31,625 bases of DNA, taken from assembly GCA_040905425.1 (NCBI GenBank), contig JBBDRO010000032.1, positions 1-31,625 of the forward strand, in the 5' to 3' direction. Of the stretch, positions 1 through 7,418 are shown piece after piece. The stretch's first letter is position 1, and each line of letters opens with the position of its first letter. The stretch is from Gemmatimonadota bacterium (lineage in GTDB: Bacteria > Gemmatimonadota > Gemmatimonadetes > Longimicrobiales > RSA9). A model generated the notes under the pieces. The model saw only the letters and a program-made list of their open reading frames with translations. It did not search any database and was not told the DNA's origin. The translations under genes and the position numbers were made by a program.

Positions 1-2
1 TG

Positions 3-476
3 GCCGCCACGCTGGTGGTGGGCGTGGGCATCGGCCGCATGAGCCGGGCGCCGGTGACGGAAGGCGCGCCGGGGCTGGCGGCCACGGACCCGGCCGCGGA
101 GGCCGCGAACGCCGCGGACGCGGCTGAGCCCTACCGGATGGCCGCCATCACGCACCTGGTCAGTTCGCAGGCGCTGCTCACCAGCTTTCCGGCGGATACG
201 GACGCGGGGCGGGCGGGGGAGGTGGCCGACTGGGCGGGCAAGCTGCTGCTGACCACCCGGCTGCTGCGTGACACCCCCGCCGGGGAGGACCCGCAGATCG
301 GCACGCTGCTGGCGGATCTGGAGATCGTGTTGGCCCAGCTGGCCGCGCTCCCCGTGGGCGGGTCCGAGGGCACGGTACGGACGGAACTGGAAATCATCAA
401 TGACGGCATCGACCGCCGGAACGTGCTGCCGCGCATTCGCGTGGCCACGGCCGCGCGCGGCGTGGCGGAACCCTGA
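3..476 (+). CDS. 5'-truncated membrane-anchored protein, possibly anti-sigma-like (C-terminal part only)
   Basis: Open frame from the window edge to TGA at 474-476. Hydrophobic segment (AATLVVGVGIG) followed by an Ala/Pro linker and a helical C-terminal domain. Directly upstream of the HEAT-repeat gene. Function inferred from context only. Confidence 0.5.
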   Translation, partial: AATLVVGVGIGRMSRAPVTEGAPGLAATDPAAEAANAADAAEPYRMAAITHLVSSQALLTSFPADTDAGRAGEVADWAGKLLLTTRLLRDTPAGEDPQIGTLLADLEIVLAQLAALPVGGSEGTVRTELEIINDGIDRRNVLPRIRVATAARGVAEP

Positions 477-487
477 GGAGAATCACG

Positions 488-2296
488 ATGCGCACGACCC
501 TACTGACCCTGTTGGCCGCCACGCTGGCGGTCCCCACGGCGCTGCCGGCGCAGGATTCCCTGGCCGTGGAGCTGGAAAAGCTGCGCGCCGAGCTGGAGCG
601 GGTGCGGCCGGAGATGCAGGCCGCCCTCGAGCAGGCGCGGCCGGAATTGGAGGCCGCCCTGCGCCAGGTGGCGGCGCTGGGCCCGGAGCTGCGGGCCGCG
701 CTGGAAGGAGCCCGGCCGGAGATGGAGGCTGCGCTGCGGGAGGTGACCCTCCTCGGTCCGGAGCTGCGTCGGGAACTGGAGCGGACGCGGCCGGAACTGG
801 ATGCAGCGCTGCGGGAGGTGGCGCTCATGGGGCCTCAGCTGCGCCGCGAACTGGAGCGGGTGGGCCCCGAGCTGGAGGCCGTGCTCGAGGAGATGGCCGC
901 GCTCGGACCCACGCTGGATGCCGAGTTGACGCGCGCGGGACAGATGCTGAGGGAGCACGCCGAATTCCAGCAGCGGCTGGACGAGGTGGCCGTGCCCGCG
1001 CCGGAGGCGTGGGCGCCGCAGGACCCGGCCGACTCGCTCTGGCGGGCGGCCCGGACCCGGCTGAACGACGGCCAGTACCGCCGCGCCGGTGAGCTCTTCG
1101 GGCAGATCATCAGCCGCCACCCGCGCTCCGAGTACGCCGGTCCCGCGCACTACTACCAGGCGCTCGCGCTTTCGCGGCTGAGTGATCGTGAGAGTCTGAT
1201 GCGAGCCCGGGAAGTGCTCCAGCTCCTGGCGCGCCGCACCGGTCGCACGACGCAGCAGATCCGCGAGGCGGAGGCGCTGCAGGCCCAGATCGACGCGGCG
1301 CTGCAGCGGCGCGGGGATGCGGACGCCGCCATGCGCAACGCCGAGCGCGTGCGGGAGCTGGCCGAAACGCAGCAGCAGCGCGTGCAGGAGCTGCAGGCCG
1401 TACGCCAGCGTTCGTGCGAGGATGACGAGGTGCGCATGATCGCGCTGCAGGCCGTCATGCGCTCCAACCCCGAGGGCGCTCTGCCCGTGCTGCGGGACAT
1501 TCTGGCTCGCACGGACGAGTGCGCCGAGGATTTGCAGCACCACGCGTTCATGCTGCTGGGGCAGTCGCGGAGCCCCGAGGCGCGGCGGCTGCTGACCGAG
1601 GCCGCGCGCTCCAGCCGGACCCCCGAGGCGCAGGCCGCGGCGCTCATGTTCCTGAGCGAGGCGGACGACCCGGCCTTCCTGGCACTGGCGCTGGAGCTGC
1701 TGCGCACCTCCTCCAACGAGGACGTGCAGGGCGCCGCGCTCATGTCCCTGCAGCGCAGCCGCTCGCCGCAGGCGCGGGAGGCGCTCCGCACCTTTATCCG
1801 CCGCCCCGGCACGGACGAGGACACGCGGGCAGCGGCCGTCATGTTCCTGGGTCAGAGCGCCACGGAGGCGGACCTGGCGTTCCTGCGCCAGCTCTACCCG
1901 ACCGTGCAGGAGGAGGATCTGAAGCAGGCCATCCTCATGGCGCTCATGCAGCGGGGCGGCGCGCAGGACACCGAATGGCTGATGGGGATTGCCACGAACC
2001 CGGCGGAGGACGAGGACGTCCGTCAGATGGCGCTCATGACCGCGGGCCAGTCCCGGACCGTTGGCGCGGCCCAGCTGGCCGCCGTCTACGACGCCAGCCG
2101 TGAAGAGGACATGCGCCAGCACGTGGTCATGCTGCTCGGCCAGCGCATGGACGAGCGCGCGGCGGTGGACAAGCTGCTGGCCATTGCGCGGGATACGACC
2201 TCGAACGCCGACGTGCGCCGCCACGTGATCCTCATGCTCAGCCGGTCGGACGATCCGAGGGTGCAGCAGGCGCTGCTGGAGATCATCCGGCGGTAG
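488..2296 (+). CDS. Exported HEAT-repeat protein with N-terminal 25-aa helical repeats and a TPR-like segment
   Basis: GAGGAG RBS before ATG 488. Signal peptide (MRTTLLTLLAATLAVPTALPA-Q). TPR-like 'YRRAGELFGQIISRHPRSEYAGPAHYYQALALSRL'. Multiple HEAT-like units (EDVRQMALM, EDLKQAILMAL, ADVRRHVILMLS). Confidence 0.8.
   Translation: MRTTLLTLLAATLAVPTALPAQDSLAVELEKLRAELERVRPEMQAALEQARPELEAALRQVAALGPELRAALEGARPEMEAALREVTLLGPELRRELERTRPELDAALREVALMGPQLRRELERVGPELEAVLEEMAALGPTLDAELTRAGQMLREHAEFQQRLDEVAVPAPEAWAPQDPADSLWRAARTRLNDGQYRRAGELFGQIISRHPRSEYAGPAHYYQALALSRLSDRESLMRAREVLQLLARRTGRTTQQIREAEALQAQIDAALQRRGDADAAMRNAERVRELAETQQQRVQELQAVRQRSCEDDEVRMIALQAVMRSNPEGALPVLRDILARTDECAEDLQHHAFMLLGQSRSPEARRLLTEAARSSRTPEAQAAALMFLSEADDPAFLALALELLRTSSNEDVQGAALMSLQRSRSPQAREALRTFIRRPGTDEDTRAAAVMFLGQSATEADLAFLRQLYPTVQEEDLKQAILMALMQRGGAQDTEWLMGIATNPAEDEDVRQMALMTAGQSRTVGAAQLAAVYDASREEDMRQHVVMLLGQRMDERAAVDKLLAIARDTTSNADVRRHVILMLSRSDDPRVQQALLEIIRR
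638..937 (+). repeat. Four imperfect 75-bp (25-aa) tandem coding repeats
   Basis: RPELEAALRQVAALGPELRAALEGA / RPEMEAALREVTLLGPELRRELERT / RPELDAALREVALMGPQLRRELERV / GPELEAVLEEMAALGPTLDAELTRA. Confidence 0.85.
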
Positions 2297-2362
2297 GGGC
2301 AGAGATCGGAGGCCGCCGGGCTCGAGCTTGAACATCTCCGGCTTTGTTCGGACGCTGGAGAC

Positions 2363-4990
2363 CTATTTATCAATTTCCCATCCATACGGCTCGTATCGAA
2401 GCCGTTTGGCACCAAGCCGGTACTCCCAAACGCCACCGCCCACATCGGCGCCGTCCCTGAGGACCGGATCCCGGAGATCAATCTCCGAACCGGCAAGATC
2501 GTTCACCCTTACGTCAACGAAGCTCGCCACCTCCTTCAGGGCGAACCAACATGGCGCCGGAGGATCCAAGCGGACCCTCACGGAATCATCGCCCAGCCGC
2601 GTACGAATCCTCAATTCATCGCGGAAGCGCGTGGCGTTGCAAGGATAGGTCAGATCGAAATCCAGCGTTGCGTCCCGTGCGAGCAGTTCCTGGCCCATGC
2701 CCCGGCCCTCCACTTCATCGAGCACCACGTCCCAGCCGTCCTCTTCCCGCAACCTCTCCAGATTCTCGAGATGGTAAACCGCCTCGATCAACTCGCGGCT
2801 TTGGTCCGGTAAGCGAATGGTTGCCCGGTCAACGACCAGGCGCCGTGTGAGTTCGAGCGCCGGTTGGTGCTGGTACACAGTGCCCCACCCATGCGAGCCC
2901 CGATATTTCCTCTGAGGCTTGAACCCTGCCGGAGGAACGAGAATGATGGCTCGAGGCTGGGCAAAGGAGATTGGACGCAAGGGATCGCGGCCTCGGTGTC
3001 GATGGAGCCGCCCGATCCGCTGAATCAGGACCTCGATTGGCGCCAGGTCCGTGACCAACAGGTCGAAGTCCAGGTCGAGACTCTGCTCAACCACCTGCGT
3101 GGCAATGAGAATGCTCCCATCGGTTGACCTCGCGCCCTTGCCGAAGCTAGCAAGGATGGATTCATCGAGGTGCTTCCGGTCCGCAGGTGCGTACCGCGCG
3201 TGATATGGTGGGGTCAGGCTGCTCCCAGGTGGACTCCACAGAAGGCCACCGCCGCCCAGCGTGGCAAGGTCCAGGACGCTGCGCTGTGCGTCCTTTACCG
3301 TATTGCGAAGCAGGCAAACCCGAGCGCCAGCCCGCGCGGCCTCGATCGCGAACTTGAATCCATCGGCCTCAGAGGATGTCATCCAGCTCACTTCGCGGCA
3401 CGCCGCGTTTCCATCAACGGCTGTATCACGCCAATCTCCACCGGGCTCGAATACGGCCATCGTGGGATAGGCTCGGTCCACGGCTTCCTGCGCCGTCGAT
3501 TCGTCGGATCCTGAACCGAGCAGACCTCGGGCTTGCGCCGAGAGCGTGGCGGACATTAACACGGCCGTGCCTCCCGCCGCAGAGTGGAATTCGAGCAGTT
3601 GGCGGAGCACCGTCAGCATGTAGAGGTCATGGGAGTGCACCTCATCGACGACTAGCAAGAGGCGTGTAGCCCCAGCAAGCCGCAGATGCGCGTGCTTCAC
3701 AGCCAGCGCGGCAAGCAACACCTGATCCACCGTCCCCACGACCACCTCCGCCGCCAAAAACTTCTTCGCATGACTTGATGACCAATTCGCCAATCCGAAA
3801 GGCGCCTCTCCCTCCTGGTCATCGTGGCGATTCGATTCGGCCGCCAAGGCGTGATTCGCAGCGCGCAACTCGGGCGCCTCGCCACCGATCGCCAGCGTAA
3901 TCCCTGGCGCTTCTTCGTCGTACATGCCATGAAGGGCATCAGCGACCCGGTCCGTCATGGCTCGCGCCGTGGCACGGGTAGGGAGCGCGAAGAACAGACC
4001 GCCGACCCGACCCTCTGCTCGCAATCGGGCATACAGCACAAGCGCCGCTTCCGTCTTACCAGACCCAGTCGCCGCCTCAATCAGGATACGGCTTCCCGGC
4101 CGAGGCAACGGTGTTGCCGCGGCGTGCGCCTGAAGCTGTGTAGGCGTGTTCGGTTGGCCAGATCCGAAGACAGTGGGAAACAGGTGCGCGTACAGATCCC
4201 CTGATCCCAATCTAGCCACCGGTCGTGAAGCGACGACGCCGATTGCGCGACACGCCCTATCGGCCCGCTCCGTGGCGACCTCCCAATACGCGGCCGGGTC
4301 GTCGTCGGCTGCAGGACTCGGCGCAAATGCCTCCTCCGTGGAGCCGATCCAATCCGCCAGGGTAATGAGTCCGGCTAGCAGGTGGGAGAAGCGTGGATCG
4401 TCGGGGAGGCTGTCAAGGCGAGCCATCCTGCTGAGCCCGCTCCAATCCGCGGCCAATAGGCCGATCCTCCGCACTTCATCCAGCGGCTGGCGCCCTCCGA
4501 GCGAAGCGGTCCACAGCTCGCCAAGTCCCTCGCGCGAGCGGCTTGCCAATGCCTGCGGATCGAATGGCCGGCCATGGTGCGCTACCGTGGTAGCGAGGAG
4601 GTCCAGTGGGTTGGCGGATTCGATGGAGATGACCGGATTCAGGATTCCGGAGATCGCCTCCACGAAGGGCTGGAAAGCCAGCGATTCGAGCACGACCTGC
4701 ACATGCCCCTCAGGACGGCGCCTGTTCCTGCCAGGAGCACGCTCCTGGAATCCGTGATTCGCCTTGCCGATATCATGGAGTCCGGCGAGGAAGGTCACGA
4801 ACGCCGCCAGTGGCGGCTGGAGCCCCTCGGGCCCAGCGAGCGCGCTCAGGCGCGCGTTCAGTCGCGAATCCGGCTCTAAGAGGCGGGCGGCAACCGCAGC
4901 CACGTCTGCCGAGTGGGCCACCAATGGATGCCAGCGACCGTCATCGTTTAGCTTGGCCCAGAACGCTGCATCGTAGAGCATGCTTGACAT
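2363..4990 (-). CDS. cas3: CRISPR-associated HD nuclease-helicase Cas3 (type I-E)
   Basis: N-terminal 'FWAK...HPLVAHSADV' and 'LHDIGKA' HD motifs, Walker A 'ATGSGKT', 'DEVH', 'MSAT', 'HARY', 'ATQVVEQSLDLDFD', 'QRIGRLHRH'. ATG 4990 follows AGGAG; ATG 4981 or GTG 5020 are alternative starts. Confidence 0.96.
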   Translation of the reverse strand: MSSMLYDAAFWAKLNDDGRWHPLVAHSADVAAVAARLLEPDSRLNARLSALAGPEGLQPPLAAFVTFLAGLHDIGKANHGFQERAPGRNRRRPEGHVQVVLESLAFQPFVEAISGILNPVISIESANPLDLLATTVAHHGRPFDPQALASRSREGLGELWTASLGGRQPLDEVRRIGLLAADWSGLSRMARLDSLPDDPRFSHLLAGLITLADWIGSTEEAFAPSPAADDDPAAYWEVATERADRACRAIGVVASRPVARLGSGDLYAHLFPTVFGSGQPNTPTQLQAHAAATPLPRPGSRILIEAATGSGKTEAALVLYARLRAEGRVGGLFFALPTRATARAMTDRVADALHGMYDEEAPGITLAIGGEAPELRAANHALAAESNRHDDQEGEAPFGLANWSSSHAKKFLAAEVVVGTVDQVLLAALAVKHAHLRLAGATRLLLVVDEVHSHDLYMLTVLRQLLEFHSAAGGTAVLMSATLSAQARGLLGSGSDESTAQEAVDRAYPTMAVFEPGGDWRDTAVDGNAACREVSWMTSSEADGFKFAIEAARAGARVCLLRNTVKDAQRSVLDLATLGGGGLLWSPPGSSLTPPYHARYAPADRKHLDESILASFGKGARSTDGSILIATQVVEQSLDLDFDLLVTDLAPIEVLIQRIGRLHRHRGRDPLRPISFAQPRAIILVPPAGFKPQRKYRGSHGWGTVYQHQPALELTRRLVVDRATIRLPDQSRELIEAVYHLENLERLREEDGWDVVLDEVEGRGMGQELLARDATLDFDLTYPCNATRFRDELRIRTRLGDDSVRVRLDPPAPCWFALKEVASFVDVRVNDLAGSEIDLRDPVLRDGADVGGGVWEYRLGAKRLRYEPYGWEIDK

Positions 4991-5019
4991 GCCGCTCCTG
5001 CTAGCCCAGATTGGAGCCA

Positions 5020-5057
5020 CGTAAACTGCTTAATGGTTTACGATGTATGGTAAGAAT
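5020..5057. promoter_or_regulatory. AT-rich divergent promoter region of cas3 and the Cascade operon, containing a palindrome and the mini-array target
   Basis: Inverted repeat CGTAAAC-N9-GTTTACG (5020-5042). Overlapping -10-like hexamers TATGGT (+, 5046-5051) and TACCAT (-, 5047-5052). No convincing -35 boxes found. Confidence 0.55.
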
Positions 5058-5146
5058 CTGATCCTGGCACGTGCCGGGGTAGCCCAGGTTTGCGCTGGAT
5101 GGTGGACGAAAAGCCTGTAATTCCCTGCGTCTGCGGGGCGATATCC
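5058..5146 (+). ncRNA. Degenerate mini-CRISPR (pseudo-repeat / spacer / pseudo-repeat); candidate CreR/CreA-like regulatory crRNA-like RNA
   Basis: 5058-5085 CTGATCCTGGCACGTGCCGGGGTAGCCC is 19/28 identical to the array repeat and keeps the hairpin (CCTGGC-ACGT-GCCGGG). 5117-5146 contains CCCTGC-GTCT-GCGGGG. The two stems are 60 nt apart, versus 61 in the array. The spacer matches 5035-5051. Confidence 0.8.
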
Positions 5147-5322
5147 GGTGGGCAGCCGAACTGATCATTCGGCCGTGGACGGTGGGTTCCAAACCCATCG
5201 TCCGCCCTGCCCGGGGCGCTACGGTTATCACAGACTGCCCGTAACGCCAGTGGCACTCGTTAGCTTGCGTCTCATCAGACCAATCCCGATGTTCGGCATT
5301 CACCCTCCAGAGGGACTACGCT

Positions 5323-6897
5323 GTGAACCTACTCGATGCTGAGGTCATCACCGTAGCAGGTGTCGACGGCACGGACCGGCTGTCTCTTCCCGATTTGCTT
5401 GCCCGGCTGTTGGTGGGGCCCGAGATTCTTGGGTGCCCACGGCTCGCCGCCGAGCAGCGTTCATACTGGTGGCGGTTTCTCGTCCGCTGTGCAGCGCGGG
5501 CGCTCCGCACGGCTGATCTCACGGTATCACAGGCCACCCACACCGACAACGTCCAACTCGCTACGGTGGTCCGCGAAGCGCTGCTGAAGCACACCGAGCG
5601 CGCCGATTGGGAGCTTTTCCAGCCGGATCCGTCCAGCGCAGGTTTCCTGCAACCGCCCACGCCGGGAGGCGTAACGCCGGCCGACGATAAGTACAAGCGC
5701 TGCACGTGCGCGCTTCTGACGGCCGTGATCGGCACCAAGGAACATGAGCGAAAGTCTGAGGTGGGGCGGGTGCTCGACGCCGAATCCCTGGTCTACGCGC
5801 TCGTGGAGTACCAGTCAGGTGTGATCTTCGGCGGGCGTGGCAATTACGAGAGCCAGTTGACCGGGTCACGCGCCGGAGCCGGCAGCGGGACGCCGTTCAT
5901 GGGCGCGACCATCAATAATTCCATGCTTGATACGTTTCGTCATGACGTGGGTGTTCTGCTCGGGAACTGGGAACGGACGGCCAGGGACCTGAAGGGCGAC
6001 GTGTGGGCGCTCTGGGCCCATCGTTGGGACGGCGAAAAGCCCCTCCCCGCAGCCCAACTCGACCCGGCGTTCATACCGTTGGCCCGGATGGTTCGTGTCG
6101 GTGCTCCCACGGAGGGAGAGTTTGGCACGGTCTGGTTCCGAGGGTCACAGGGCAGCCGAGTCGCAGATCACACGAACGGCGGGCACCTTGGCGACCCGTT
6201 CACGCCGCTCGTGCCCGATCCAAAGGGTGGTCACCTGAAAGTTCGTGGTACGCTCGCCAAGGGCTACGATTACAAGGAGGTGGTACGGCTGCTCTTCCCG
6301 GATACCAACGAGGAGGCGGTGCCATCGCCGAGCGTCGTCGCCGTGCTCGACGCGCCCCCTGAACGTGAGCTTAGGGTGCTATTCGAAGGCATGGCCTTCG
6401 AGCAGGGCAAGACTCGAGGCTTCCACCGGCGGAGCGTGCGGTTACCCCGCAAGGCGGTGCAGGTTGGCATCGGATTTCGGTCCGAGCCGATCCATGCAAT
6501 ACACAGGATCATGCTGGACCGCACGGCAGACTGCAAGCGTGCCCTAAGCTCGGCTCTAGCCATGCTCCTAACAGGAGAGCCACGGTTGCGGGACGATGAT
6601 CGGGCCAAGGCCCAGACGGCGCTAGATCGGTTCGAAGAACTCGTGGATCGGAATTACCTGGACTTTCTCTTCCGGCTGGCCTTTGACGGTGAGTCAACCG
6701 GGGACACCGAGCCGTACCGACGATGGCTCTTCGAGCAGGCCGTTGAGGAAGTCTTGCCGGAGGCGTTTCGATCGCTGCCGCGGAACTCTGGCCGTCGACT
6801 AGAGCAGGAGGTGATCGCCGAGGCTTACCTGCGGGGAAGGTTGAGAAAGGATCTCGACCTGCCTGTGGCTGATTCACGCCAGGAGGTTACTGCATGA
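5323..6897 (+). CDS. cas8e: Type I-E Cascade large subunit Cas8e (Cse1/CasA), divergent
   Basis: N-terminus 'NLLDAEVITV...RLSLPDLL' resembles Cse1 starts. 524 aa, first gene of the cse2-cas7-cas5-cas6e operon. GTG start after GAGGG. Confidence 0.85.
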   Translation: MNLLDAEVITVAGVDGTDRLSLPDLLARLLVGPEILGCPRLAAEQRSYWWRFLVRCAARALRTADLTVSQATHTDNVQLATVVREALLKHTERADWELFQPDPSSAGFLQPPTPGGVTPADDKYKRCTCALLTAVIGTKEHERKSEVGRVLDAESLVYALVEYQSGVIFGGRGNYESQLTGSRAGAGSGTPFMGATINNSMLDTFRHDVGVLLGNWERTARDLKGDVWALWAHRWDGEKPLPAAQLDPAFIPLARMVRVGAPTEGEFGTVWFRGSQGSRVADHTNGGHLGDPFTPLVPDPKGGHLKVRGTLAKGYDYKEVVRLLFPDTNEEAVPSPSVVAVLDAPPERELRVLFEGMAFEQGKTRGFHRRSVRLPRKAVQVGIGFRSEPIHAIHRIMLDRTADCKRALSSALAMLLTGEPRLRDDDRAKAQTALDRFEELVDRNYLDFLFRLAFDGESTGDTEPYRRWLFEQAVEEVLPEAFRSLPRNSGRRLEQEVIAEAYLRGRLRKDLDLPVADSRQEVTA

Positions 6898-7418
6898 TCG
6901 ATGTAGCAGGCGGCCAAGCTGCCGCACCGACTTTCTCTGAACAGGCCGTAAGGATCGCACGGGCCCTGGAGGAGGGATACTCCGGTATCCCGATGAGCCG
7001 TGGCGATCGGGCGGAGCTGCGGCGCATGCGCGGGGACGTCGCCTTCCCACCGGAGGCGTTCTGGCGGGTCGTGGGCACATTCAACATCACGCCGGGCGAG
7101 GAACCGTTCTGGCGCGATGTGATACCGCTCATGGTCGAACATGCGCACAAGGGAAGCGTGGCGCCGGGCCTGGCGGCTGCCCGTGCCGGCGTGTCTCCGG
7201 CTCGAGTGGAGCGCTGGCTACGGCGGCCAGCGGAAGATGCGCGTAAGGAAGCACGGCGCCTCCTATCCAAGGTGGATGACGGGCTGCACTGGGGTTGGTT
7301 TGCCAGCCTGCTTCGTTTCTGGACGGATGAAGGCCGCACGCGGTTCGCACGGGACTACTTCCTGTCTCCCGAATACCGCAACCGAACACGCCAACACAAA
7401 GCCGAGGAGAGTGCATGA
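6894..7418 (+). CDS. cas11: Type I-E small subunit Cas11 (Cse2/CasB)
   Basis: 'GDRAELRR', 'VSPARVERWL' and C-terminal 'RFARDYF' are Cse2-like. 174 aa, ATGA overlap with cas8e. Confidence 0.88.
   Translation: MIDVAGGQAAAPTFSEQAVRIARALEEGYSGIPMSRGDRAELRRMRGDVAFPPEAFWRVVGTFNITPGEEPFWRDVIPLMVEHAHKGSVAPGLAAARAGVSPARVERWLRRPAEDARKEARRLLSKVDDGLHWGWFASLLRFWTDEGRTRFARDYFLSPEYRNRTRQHKAEESA

Noticed and set aside
500..2335. Long antisense or alternative-frame ORFs over host genes (also 18099-20336, 22977-24425, 28526-30535)
   Set aside because: Typical high-GC shadow ORFs opposite well-supported genes, with no motifs.
5150..5212. tRNA gene or hammerhead ribozyme (CTGATCA resembles CUGAUGA)
   Set aside because: No D-arm, proper acceptor stem or CCA for a tRNA. 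The motif sits in a hairpin loop and a correctly placed GAAA core is absent. Kept only as an unexplained structured segment.
5251..5264. Sigma-54 promoter-like TGGCAC…TAGC upstream of cas8e
   Set aside because: GG-to-GC spacing is one base short of the strict -24/-12 requirement.
5001..5342. Short ORFs (64-100 aa) in the cas3-cas8e intergenic region as toxin or anti-CRISPR genes
   Set aside because: No recognisable family or convincing RBS, and they overlap the mini-array and hairpins. A small toxin cannot be fully excluded.
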